A stretch of DNA of 64,000 bases from the NCBI GenBank assembly GCA_965203295.1, contig CBDBCZ010000019.1:480001-544000 (forward strand). Reading direction: 5' to 3'. Position 1 is the stretch's first letter. The number at the start of each line of letters is the position of its first letter. Positions 35,819 to 46,341 of the stretch are shown one piece after another. Source of the stretch: Nitrospirales bacterium. Its GTDB lineage: Bacteria; Nitrospirota; Nitrospiria; Nitrospirales; UBA8639. The notes under the pieces are model-generated. The model made no database searches, was not told the origin of the DNA, and saw nothing but the letters and a program-made list of their open reading frames with translations. The position numbers and the translations under genes were made by a program.

Positions 35819-37804
35819 TTAATCAATTTTTTTAATTATTATCGAATGAATCGCCACGTGGTTCGATGTGCTCACGTAGTTTCGAATTTGGATTGACTCC
35901 ATGCTGTACGCTTCTCCAAGCTCGAAAGACCCGGTGACTATCTCCTTATCGTCATTCGTTCCCATGAGTTCCCCTCGCGACAGCTCTATTGGTCTGTCTG
36001 ATAAAAAGATCACGACATCCCAAAAACCGACAGGTTTTTTAGTTGCTGCACCACTACTGTATACTGTATGAAATACTGAAGCGATATGTGCCAGCTGGAA
36101 TACGCTCGTATGGCCCATAAGAAAGAAACCCAGACTTCGAGCCGATGGGGGTTCTCATCTCGCAATCATTGGTCTGTTCGCCTATGACGGTTGGAAGTTC
36201 GCATGCGAGCCAGGTGTATTGGTCGCCAGCTTTTCGTATTTTTATCTTTTCTGTGAGAAGCTTTACCTTACCAGGCCCATATATTAAAAGGGTCGCATTA
36301 TTAGCGCATTCATATACTCTCTTAGGCTTTCCATTAATTCTTTCGATTATTTGTCGACTGACCATGTGGAAGTCTGGTTGACCATGGGGCACAACAGCAA
36401 AATCATACGTGTCCCTAAAGATATCTTTGCTCATTGTATGGGTAAATGGCGAAAGTGATTTCGAAGCTGGAACTAATTGTATGTCAAGATCTGAAAACTC
36501 ATTTGTTAGCCTAGCGTGCCAGTAACTCGCAATCCCATATCGTACTTTTAAACCGCTCTCTTGTGTATATTCTGAGATCTTTTGGTCAATGCATTGAACG
36601 ATTGAGGGCTTGTACTCTAGTTCGTAGTCTGCCGGGGGATTAGCATCAACAATGGCATAACACACCATTATGGAAAAGGTTAGGATGATGATCAGGTGTT
36701 TGAAACGAGTATCGATGAATCTTGACAGTGAAAACCAGCAAAAGAGAATTGGAAGCCAGAAGAAATTTAGAAAATATCTCGTCGACCATGAATAATCTCC
36801 TTCTATCAGCACGCCATTGACAATAAGAGCAGCAAAAGTGATCAGTGGTGATAGGGCAATTGTGAACGCGAGTAGTTTTTCTCTAGATGAGATATTGTCT
36901 TTTCTCAGGTTGAAGACCTGATGTCATACAGAAGTAAGACATAATAGAGACAAATGAAAACAGAGACGGCTGTCGCGTCTCGAGCGAATGCGTAAAGCAT
37001 GTCGATAAGGATGGTGGTCTGTTCAATTATTTGAATTGGTTTTTTGAGAATATAAGGAGATATAGTGTTTTCTGTTATTGCTAACTTGAAGGCAATACCA
37101 GCTATAACTCCTCCTGTAATTAGACCTATATTCTTGATGTGTTGAACATTCCTTGAGGTTTCCAAAATATATACTATTAAAGAGGAGACTATTAGTGGTG
37201 ATGCGAAAGAGACCAGAAATAGTAAATCTGAAGCTGCGCCCAAGAACGACATTGTGATGACGAGAAAAGACCAAGAAATATGATTACCTACTGAATTATT
37301 TAACACCATAATTATTGCATAAATAAGGAGTATCCCATTAATTATGATTCAAAAATGATATGCGCTGAATAGTGAAAATATAAATGGAGATGTGTTACGT
37401 GTCGTATAAAATATGGTGATCGCCAAAAATACAGTTGCTAAAAGAATTAGGGATCTTGTGCCCTTAATTGTGACTGTTGAAATTGCACAAGCTAGAAAAA
37501 AAGCAAGGAGGTTTTGAAGCAGCGCGAAGGCATAGAATGTATAATAGTTGTCTTCTATCAATGCCCGTAATCCAAAAAACAAAACCATGTCTGGGAAAAA
37601 GCTTGGTGCTGACGGAAGAGACCATGACTCGAAATGACCGGAGTTTAGAATAAGATCAGTATAGAGTGATGAAAAAGTCAGGGAATCGCTGTTGAAGAGC
37701 GCTTCCATACTTATTTGGTTTGTGAAGTACGCGTTTGTTATTGTAAGGGAAAGAATAACAACAGTAATTATTATTACGTATATTTGCATAGTCATGCTAT
37801 TCAA
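35819..37804 (-). pseudogene. Polytopic membrane protein, GT-C-like (copy A), disrupted
   Basis: FNSDSL...WSLPSAPSFFPD, many TM segments, ASYWHAR, and a C-terminal YGPY domain. TGA at 37349-37351 (GGA in copy B), frameshift near 36910, and a 7-bp duplication at 36056-36069. Confidence 0.75.
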
Positions 37805-37810
37805 GATTTA

Positions 37811-38704
37811 TAGTCATTCCAATTAATTTCCATGTTATGTATACTGCTGGCCACTATGGCCAGCAGTATCTACTTGCGAAAACGGGTGGTTGAGTTTGTC
37901 AAGGAAGGAGGCAGGAAGGCGGAGGCAGCTCGGCGATTTCGCGTGAGTGGTTGGTGCGTCCATGATTGGTGCGGTCGCTCCGACCTGGCCCCCAGGCCGC
38001 ATGGCCCCCGGCGACGGAAGCTTGATCGCGCTGCCCTGCGGCAGCATATCGCCCATCATCCCGATGCCACCTTGAAGGAACGGGCCCACCACTTCGGGGT
38101 GGCCATCAATGCCATCTGATATACTCTCCAGCAGTTGAAGGTGACGCATAAAAAAAATCTGCGGTACGCTGAGCGGGATCCGACGAAGCGAGGGGCCTAT
38201 CTCCAACGGCTCCGGCACATCCTCACGACCCAGGGGGTAGCCAAGGTGGTCTATCTGGATGAAAGTGGGTTTGAGCGCACCGCCTACCGGCCTCATGGGG
38301 GGGCATGCAAAGGACACCAAGTCGCCGGGCAACGGAGTGGCAACACGCGGCCACGCACCAGCTTGCTGGCCGGGAAATGTGGGACGCGATTGGTGGCGCC
38401 CGTGCTGTTTGAGGGGAGTACCAATGTGGAGTGGTTCAATGCCTGGCTGGAGCAGCATCTCTTTAAGGAGCTTGCCACCGACTCGATCCTCATCATGGAT
38501 AATGCGGCCTTTCATAAAACGTCGAGGACCCGAGAATTGATCCACAAGGCTGGTCACACCCTGCTCTTTCTGCCCCTATATTCCCCTGACTTCAATCCCA
38601 TTGAACAGGATTTTGCGACAATTAAGAAACGGCGCCGATACGCCCCACCGGATACCCCGCTCGATAACATTATTCGATCATATGGAATTTAATTGGAATG
38701 ACTA
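37811..38704 (+). mobile_element. IS630 family element related to 21603-22502
   Basis: TIRs TAGTCATTCCAATTAA / TTAATTGGAATGACTA with TA duplication. The transposase has TGA at 38117-38119 (TGG in the other copy). It is inserted between the RBS and the start of copy A. Confidence 0.93.
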
Positions 38705-38823
38705 TAGTTGACCTCTCCCCAGAAACTGGGCTATGAATTGTGAGAAAAGGTTGTCGCACTTTGTTCTTCTGCCTGGCTCAGTTTTCTGTGAGAGTGTCAC
38801 GAATGGCGACCGATCTCCATCCT

Positions 38824-39690
38824 TAGTGTAGTGTCCACGAAATAACTGGACAGTCATTTCTTCCGTTTTCTGCCCCGTGGGCTGGTGCAGCCGGGCTGAA
38901 TCTGCTCCAACGTTCGTCGGCAGCGCGAGAGTTTCTGGAGAATCGAGTCGACCGTCGCCGTCCAGATGAACGATTGCGGCTCCGTATTCCACGCCGTCAG
39001 GAATGCATCGATGCAGGCCTTCAAGTCTTCCACGCTGCCAAAGGCCCCCCGACGGATCGCCTTCGCGCTCAGTTCGCCAAACCATCGCTCGACCAGGTTC
39101 AGCCAACTGGAGCTGGTCAGGACAAAGTGGGGAACGAAGTGAGGGTGGCGCGTGAACCAAGCCCGCACGTTCTCGTGCTTATGCGTCCCATAATTATCCA
39201 TGATGACATGCAGCGGGAGATCGCCGGGGAACGCCTTGTCGAGAGTGCGCAAGAACTTGAGGAATTCCTGATGCCGATGCCGTTGATAGCATTGGCCGAT
39301 CACCTTTGCCTTGTAAGAGCTCCAACGCGGCAAAAAGCGTCGTCGTGCCATGGCGCTTGTAGTCATGGGTCATAGTCCCGAACCGGCCCTTCTTGAGCGG
39401 CAAGCCCGGTTACGTCCGATCTAACGCCTGAATCTGACTCTTCTCGTCCACACACAACACAATGGCCTGTTGTGGAGGATTCAGATACAGCCCGACGAGG
39501 TTGGTGAGTTTTTCCAGGAACTTCGGATCACGGGACAGCTTGAAGGTTTCTACCCGGTGGGGCTTCAGATGGTGGGCCTGCCAGATCATGTTGATGGTAG
39601 ACTTACTGACTCCCTGGCTCTTGGCCATCGTCCGGCAACTCCACTGCGTCATCCCGTCCGGCTTGGTGTGCAAGGTGGCCTCCACAATGC
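38824..39690 (-). mobile_element. IS630 family element of a different subtype, 5'-truncated and frameshifted
   Basis: [58 protein letters not shown]. End TAGTGTAGTGTCCACGAAATAA. Confidence 0.88.
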
Positions 39691-39798
39691 CGAAGCTGCT
39701 GTTGCTCGGAAGGCGAAAGTTCGCAGGAGGGAGCCATATCCGAGCATACAATACATAAAACTACTTGTTATGAGCTTCCTTGAGATCCATGGTCGAGT

Positions 39799-42349
39799 TC
39801 AGAATGGAGCTGAGTCTTCTGTTGCCGTAGATTCTGATGCCGAAAATACAGCGTCGACCGCGTAAATGGGGCGACGCTTCGCCTCGACGACCATACCCCC
39901 AATATTCCCCCAAAATGCCTAGAGACAAACGTTGTAGGCCCCCAAAGAAAAGAATGGCAACCATCAAGGACGCATAACCAGGCAATTCGATACCCAGCAC
40001 GAAAACCCGCCCAATGATGAATGAGCCTTACAGAAATGCAAGTCCTGCAGTAATACCACCAACGTAGCTCCAGACGCGCAAGGGCATGGTAGAAAAGCTC
40101 ACCAATCCATCGAGAGCAAAATTCCACAGACGCCAATAGTTCCAATTCGTTTGCCCAGCTAAGCATCGACCGCGTTCGAAGGGGATACCAATGGAACGAA
40201 AACCCACCCAGGCAAACAACCCTTTCATAAATCGATTACGCTCAGGTAAAAGCTTGAGAACCTCAACCACCTTACGATCCATCAGACGGTAGTCCCATGC
40301 ATCGGTCGGAATGCGAATTCCCAATACTTTGTTAAACCCGGATTCCGCAATAGGTTTTTAACGGTGTAGAATAGGTCGCTCATTTATTCTTCTTTCTCAA
40401 GGAGTTACGATGAAACGCCCGAAGACCACGGCTTCACCACTCTACCCCAAAATTCGCTTCGCCTTCACCGACCATCCGATTACCGTCTGGGCGGGGGCCA
40501 TTTTGCTGCGTCTGTACGTGGAACTCATCGGGCTGCGGGCGAGTCTCCAGACGACCCTGGCCCCGTTTGCGAAATGCTCGAACAATCAGATCCCCGCGCC
40601 GGATGTGCTGCTGGCGTGGTTCTACGGTCTGGCCTTGGGGGTCGAACGGTTTGCTCATTTCACGCGGTATCGCCGCGATCCCTTGCTGCCTCGGCTCCTC
40701 GGCCTGTCGCACTTCCCCTCGCCCGATACGCTTCGGCGCTTCTTTCTCGCCTTCACCTATGCCCGACTCACCCCGGTTTCCGAAACGTTGATGCGCCAGA
40801 GCTTGGAATGGATGCCGCGGATCGCCCTGGGGAATACGCTCGACTTGGACTCCACGGTCTTCTGTCGATACGGGAGCCAAGAGGGGAATCAGATCGGCTA
40901 CAATCCGCAGAAACGGGGCCGGCCCTCGCATCATCCCTTGGTGGCCTTCCTGAGTGAAGCCCGTCGTCTCGTGTGGGCCAGGCTCCGCGCGTGGCAAGCC
41001 GGCACGGCCAACGGCTGTGTCGAGTTTCTCCGGCAGACGCTCATGATTCTGCCCCCCGGCCAGCGAGTTGCGTTGGTCTGGGCCGACGCGGGGTTTTTGT
41101 CACCCGGTTCCTGACCTTTCTGGAAAGCCTGGAGCTCCCCTATATCATCATGGCCCGCCTGACGCCGCCCCTCCGGAGGGTGGTCCTTCATGCCCTCCCC
41201 GAGACCGCGTGGCGGCGGGTGAGCAAAGGGATTGATGTGGCGGAATGTCCCACGACCGTGCCGATCTGGCGCGGTCAGCCGCGCCGGTTTGTCTGCCTGC
41301 GGCAAGCATTGCGGGAGCGGCCTCACGCAGCAGGCCGACGCCTGCTCGAGTGTCCAGGCTATACCTATCAAGTGATGGTCACCAGTCTCCCCTATGCCGT
41401 CGAGCTCGTGTGCCGCACGTACGCGGGCCGGGCCGACAGTGAAAATCGGATCAAGGAGCTCAAAGAGGATCTCTCCCTCCATACGTTTTGTCTCCAGCAC
41501 TTTGATGCCATGGATGCGGCTTTCCGTCTGGGCTGTGTAGGCTACAATCTGCTGGCGGGCTTTCGGGAGACGATGTTGCCGAGCTGTTGGTTCGAACGCC
41601 GACTGCGGGCCGTCCGCGATTGGGTATTCCTGGTCGGGGCCGATTTGATTCCCCGAGGCCGTCGCCTCCAGATCCGGTTGGCCGTGCCCCGCGAAGAGCG
41701 GCCGGAGTTTTTGACTCGTCTCCGCACCCTGTCGGAGGGGCTCCCGATTGCGGCGCAGTTGGACTGGACGTTAACGGACGAGGAGAGCCCCCCAGACGCG
41801 CCTCGTCGTGATCCCGGCTCCCCGCATTTTTCGCCCCTCGAGCCCCTCGCTTCCTTCGCTCATCCCCCACCGTAACCATTTTCTACTGCTGAATCCGGGT
41901 TAAACAGCCAATAGAAAATACCGGCAGTGGCTCGTTTCGCAAACATGTCGGCAGATCGTCGACTTCGCACGCCGTATACATCGTATCCCTCATGCCATTT
42001 TTCCAGAAATTGTGGTAGGAGATCTTGAGGATCCTGAAGGTCTATGTCCATGATCACCATGGCATCACCATGACCATGATCTAGACCGGCTGTCAACGAC
42101 GCCTCTTTGCCGAAGTTGCGAGAGAGGTTGATAACGCGAATCTGTGTTGACATAGCACTGCAGCGTCTCCAGACTGCCGTCGCTGCTGCCATCATTCACC
42201 ACGATGATCTCTGTACGAACATCCAAACTGTCCCTCACAGCCAGGGTCGCTTCAAAAAACGGCTTGATGGCTTCGACTTCGTTGTAAACCGGAACGATGA
42301 TCGACAGCAGCGGAACAGCAGGACTTGCTCTCGTTGTCCCTAAATCCAT
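39799..42349 (-). pseudogene. GtrB-like polyprenol-phosphate glycosyltransferase (GT2) split by IS1380
   Basis: IVPVYNE, NDGSSD, LSRNFGKEA, DIDLQD, DYRLMDR, ERNRFMKGLFAWVGF, KRRPIY. The two halves rejoin in frame (WLFN|KVLG) once the IS is removed, but additional frameshifts remain. Confidence 0.88.
40337..41899 (+). mobile_element. IS1380 family element
   Basis: TIRs CCCGGATTCCGCAATAG / CTACTGCTGAATCCGGG with a 5-bp TSD TTAAA (40332-40336, 41900-41904). Transposase LDLDST, YNPQKRGRPSHHP, ADAGF, RADSENRIKELK, with a frameshift in a T run near 41095. Confidence 0.93.
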
Positions 42350-42529
42350 GTTGAAGCTTCCATTTACAAGAAAGCTTTGTCTCTTAACTGACCAAGTTAG
42401 TAAGGCTTGAGATCTCGCATCTCATCCACTCACGGTGAGAGTAGGACGAGAACAATTCCGCTCCCTGCATCTTTTCCCTTGGGCACTCAATACACTTTAG
42501 GTAAGAACCAATGCCCTTCACGTTATGAC

Positions 42530-43165
42530 TCACGCCTCGGCAACATAGTATTGGGTCCACAAGAGCCAGTCAAACAGACTTTCTCGAGTTTTTGTTTCCA
42601 GCCTCTGTTCTAACCGTAGACCAAATTGGCCAATAAATTCTGCCACCAACGGCAAATACAGTCCAGAGCTAAATCGTTCGAGAATGCAAAATCTGGCTTG
42701 AGTGAGCTGAGTCTGTACTTGACCACTCGTCATCAGATTGATGTGACCTGTTTTTCGTATCGGTTCACGGTAGATTTGTCTTACGAGCCATATAACCCCA
42801 GGCAGAAAGGCAATTTTGGCAAGAACTTCAAGTGGACTCCACCTTTGGGGTGTAGATAGAATCAACGTGCCGCCGCGTCTGAGAAGGCGATGCATCTCCA
42901 TAAAAACCCGTGGTGAATCAGCGATATGTTCGACTACTTCACTAGATAATATCAGGTCAAAGCTTCCTTCTGGCAGTTTGGAATTGGTGATATCATCAGC
43001 GATCACAGCGACATTCGGAAATTTCTTCGCTATAGATTCTGCTTGACGCAAATACCCGGGCTCAACATCAACGGCTGTAACTTTCTCGAACAACTCGGCT
43101 AAGAGAGGTAAATAAATGCCTGATCCAGGACCGACTTCTAGTGCCTTAGAAGTGGAGGCTCCCAA
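42530..43165 (-). CDS. Class I SAM methyltransferase, 5' end apparently damaged
   Basis: ALEVGPGSG, FDLILSSEVVEH, LRRGG. Only a TTG start directly before motif I. Confidence 0.7.
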   Translation of the reverse strand: MGASTSKALEVGPGSGIYLPLLAELFEKVTAVDVEPGYLRQAESIAKKFPNVAVIADDITNSKLPEGSFDLILSSEVVEHIADSPRVFMEMHRLLRRGGTLILSTPQRWSPLEVLAKIAFLPGVIWLVRQIYREPIRKTGHINLMTSGQVQTQLTQARFCILERFSSGLYLPLVAEFIGQFGLRLEQRLETKTRESLFDWLLWTQYYVAEA

Positions 43166-43339
43166 GATTCATTTCTATGCTCTCAGAAGACAAGACCCAA
43201 TGAACCAGCCGTTACTGAATCAGGTGCATTATGGACTCAAAAGAATGTAGCTTGGGAGGCGACATCGAAGCATTAACAATTCTTCTACCGCGATTTGATG
43301 TGAAGCCAACGTGCTGACACTTATCCTATCATGTATAAG

Positions 43340-44317
43340 TTATTCCAGTTCCTCCCCTCGATACAGAGCCTTGTTTTCAAATGAATCGATTGTTTTGGAA
43401 ATGATATACCGTGGTCGTCCTTTGACCTCATCGTATATTCTTCCGATGTACACACCAATAATGCCGAGGCTGATCATTGCTAAGCCTCCGATCATGAGCT
43501 GAAGGATGATTACGGTTGTAAAACCGCTGGTTGCCTGGCCCATAAGCTTTAGATAGAGAGCCTGGGTACCGAGGACTACGCTAAAAATGAAAAACAGAAG
43601 GCCGAATAGGTTTACGAACCCCAGCGGCAGGGAGGAAAACGCTGACAACCCCGTAACTGCGAATTTCATCAAACTAAAAGTTGTCCAGCGTGATAGCCCT
43701 CCAACTCGATTTGAGACAACGAAGGGCACTTGAGCACGCTTGAAACCCAGCCAGGCTATCATACCCCGAAAGAAAAGGTTCCGTTCGCCCATCTTGAGCC
43801 AGGCTTCTCGAACCTTTCGATCAATCAGCTTGTAATCAGAAGAATTTTTGAGGTCGAAACCCGATAGTTTCTTCAGGGTCGCGTAAAAGAGCTTACTGCC
43901 GATCGTAGAAAAGAGGGTTTCCTTTCCACGGTGAGCCTTGATTGCCTCGACAATGTTGACATTTAATTCCCTCCAACTTCTGACCATATCTGGAATCAAG
44001 TTAGGAGGGTGCTGCAAATCTGCATCAAGTACAATTATCGCCTCTCCACGTGCCGAGTCGAGCCCTGCGCAAACAGCTGCTTCCTTCCCGAAATTCCGGC
44101 TGAGCTGTACAGCCCGAAGCGTGGAATACACCTTAACCTGCTGTCGGACAACGGACCAGGTATCGTCAGTTGAACCATCATCTATGAGGATGATCTCATA
44201 CGAAGCGTTCGTCAACAGAAGCTGGTCTTGAAGGATTGAAAGGAACTCGCGAAGGTGCACGCCTTCCTGGTAGACAGGAATCACCACCGAAAGTGTGACG
44301 GGCGAGCAGCTCCCCAT
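43340..44317 (-). CDS. GtrB-like GT2 glycosyltransferase, intact
   Basis: VIPVYQE, DDGSTD, LSRNFGKEAA, DADLQHPP, DYKLIDR, EVKGRPRY, and two C-terminal TMs. Confidence 0.92.
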   Translation of the reverse strand: MGSCSPVTLSVVIPVYQEGVHLREFLSILQDQLLLTNASYEIILIDDGSTDDTWSVVRQQVKVYSTLRAVQLSRNFGKEAAVCAGLDSARGEAIIVLDADLQHPPNLIPDMVRSWRELNVNIVEAIKAHRGKETLFSTIGSKLFYATLKKLSGFDLKNSSDYKLIDRKVREAWLKMGERNLFFRGMIAWLGFKRAQVPFVVSNRVGGLSRWTTFSLMKFAVTGLSAFSSLPLGFVNLFGLLFFIFSVVLGTQALYLKLMGQATSGFTTVIILQLMIGGLAMISLGIIGVYIGRIYDEVKGRPRYIISKTIDSFENKALYRGEELE

Positions 44318-44321
44318 GGTT

Positions 44322-45050
44322 TCACAAAGGCTTGACAAAAACCGATATCAAAATCGAACCTAAGAAACCTGGCAATCTTGTCTCCGAAACGGCCAGCTTC
44401 TCAGCCAAAGACCAACTCAGTGGTGCTATCCAAGGAGATAGAAAACAGTTTGTGATGATGGTCTCAATCTCAAAACCTGTGTCAATACCTATCCTGACAA
44501 GCTTCTGTCTGTTGTAAAATTCCACGTGTTGATGGTCGCGCAGCGGTGGATCCAATCGAAGTTTGTCCATTAACCATTCGATGACAGGCCACAGACTTTG
44601 ATAATTTGGGGTTGTAAGGAAGACTTTCCCACCAGGTCTCAAAAGCTTGTAAAAAGTTTTGAGCATGTTCCTGGCCTGGTCGAGATAAATGTGTTCGATA
44701 ACCTCTAGGCAGTAATTCTTGTCGACTGGAACATCAACTTGGAACGTCTCATCAACCAGTCCCAGACGAAATTTCACGTTGGAAGTTGCAAAATTTTCCG
44801 TAGCATAGCGAATGGCGTCGGGGTTACCATGGTTGTCCAGGACATTCGCCCCACATCGCTCCAGGAAGGCAGCAATAACACCCGAACCGCAACCGACATC
44901 GAGCACAAAGTCAACACGGCGGACCGGCAGATATTGGCTAATCGCCAATTGTTTGCTGTAATGCCAAAACCTTTGCACCGAATTACCTTCAGTCAAGGCA
45001 TCATGCTGATAGTCCCCTCTGATACTGAGATTGTCTCCAGTTCGCCTCAC
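44322..45050 (-). CDS. Class I SAM-dependent methyltransferase
   Basis: VLDVGCGSG, EVIEH, LRPGGKVFLTTPN. Confidence 0.85.
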   Translation of the reverse strand: MRRTGDNLSIRGDYQHDALTEGNSVQRFWHYSKQLAISQYLPVRRVDFVLDVGCGSGVIAAFLERCGANVLDNHGNPDAIRYATENFATSNVKFRLGLVDETFQVDVPVDKNYCLEVIEHIYLDQARNMLKTFYKLLRPGGKVFLTTPNYQSLWPVIEWLMDKLRLDPPLRDHQHVEFYNRQKLVRIGIDTGFEIETIITNCFLSPWIAPLSWSLAEKLAVSETRLPGFLGSILISVFVKPL

Positions 45051-45079
45051 GTGAATTGACCTTGTTAAGAGTGAGACCT

Positions 45080-45330
45080 AAACGGTGAGGTTGAAGGGAA
45101 GCTGCAGCCGAATAGCCGTGTCTCTTCACTCACCCTATCAAAGGACGACGAGATGAGAACCTACATGCAGCTCACCTAAGAGCAAATCTAATAGTTTAAC
45201 GTCCTGATGCCCACAAGTCACACCTACGTATTGAAATCTGTCGGTGAGGCCATTCTGCTCTGATGTGTACGGGGTGATGAATTACTGCTGGAGTCGATCG
45301 TCCCGACACGCCGTCCGAAACCGTAAGCTT
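45080..45330. mobile_element. Small IS relics (IS30-like N-terminus on +, IS3 integrase fragment on -)
   Basis: MRTYMQLT*EQI at ~45153. Minus strand QQ*FITPYTSEQNG at ~45245-45300. Confidence 0.45.
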
Positions 45331-45566
45331 CCCCGTCAATGAGATAGTTCTCAAGTAGAGTTTGGGGCATGTTCACATAAGTACTCTTCCGGTGTTAGAT
45401 CCCACAGGGAATCGGGGGGTCCACTACTATTATCTGACACCAACATGTTCGGCACTTTCCCCAAGCAAACAGATGACATATTAGGATAGACATACAATTC
45501 AGCTGTGACAAACAGGCGAAAACAAATCTCTTGAAAGAATCACGGGAATAGGCTAATCACAAAGGC

Positions 45567-46243
45567 TGTAGTGCACTCCTCAAATCAAGCCACCCCTGAT
45601 GGTTGTTGCGGACAAAATTGGCGAGGGCTCTGAGAGCCAACGCCTGATGCGGGGGGGTCTCATTATACCAGTGGATCCACAGGCCAATCACGGTGCACGC
45701 CTGTGTGAAACGCTGAAACTGATGCTGCCAGAGATCCTCTTCTTTCAAGCTTCAGAAGAAGAGTTCAATAAGCCCATTCTGCTCCAGCGTATACGGGGTG
45801 ATGAATTCCTGTCAGAGCCGATAGTCCCGACACATCAACCAAAAACCTCAGCTCCAAAAGATCAAACCACTTTCACTGCGCAGGACCTGCCAGGCCCGCC
45901 GTTCGGAGACATCCGATCCCCCGTGTCTTATTCGTCGGATCTCCGTCTGACCAAAGGATACGGTTTCAGCGCGTCTTCATCCTTAGATCGAGCCCGCAGG
46001 GAATTTTCGACTCCGAGGAGAAAGCGATCCCGTCAGTCCTCGACCTCAACCACCGTGAGCCCATGCTGGTGGTCCGCATCCTCCACGGAGGTCTCGCCTT
46101 TGAGAATACGCACGGTTAAGGCGACGCGCCGTTTGGCCATCCACCCTTGGATGGAATCTGAAGTCTCGTCAGCCATGTCTACCTCCTTGGTCCCCTATTG
46201 GACCATGTCTGATGGATGGACTCAACTTGGAGGGGAGCAGGGT
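45567..46243 (-). mobile_element. IS3 family relic, internally deleted, related to 35463-35815 (ends approximate)
   Basis: orfA WMAKRRVALTVRILKGETSV. Integrase C-terminus QEFITPYTLEQNG...LKEE...WYNETPPHQAL. Confidence 0.75.
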
Positions 46244-46341
46244 ACCCTCTCACAGAAAACTGAGCCAGCTAGAAGAGCAAGTTGCGACAGCATTCTCTCC
46301 CGACTCATGTTCCAATCTCTGAGGAGAGGTCAAGCACTACA

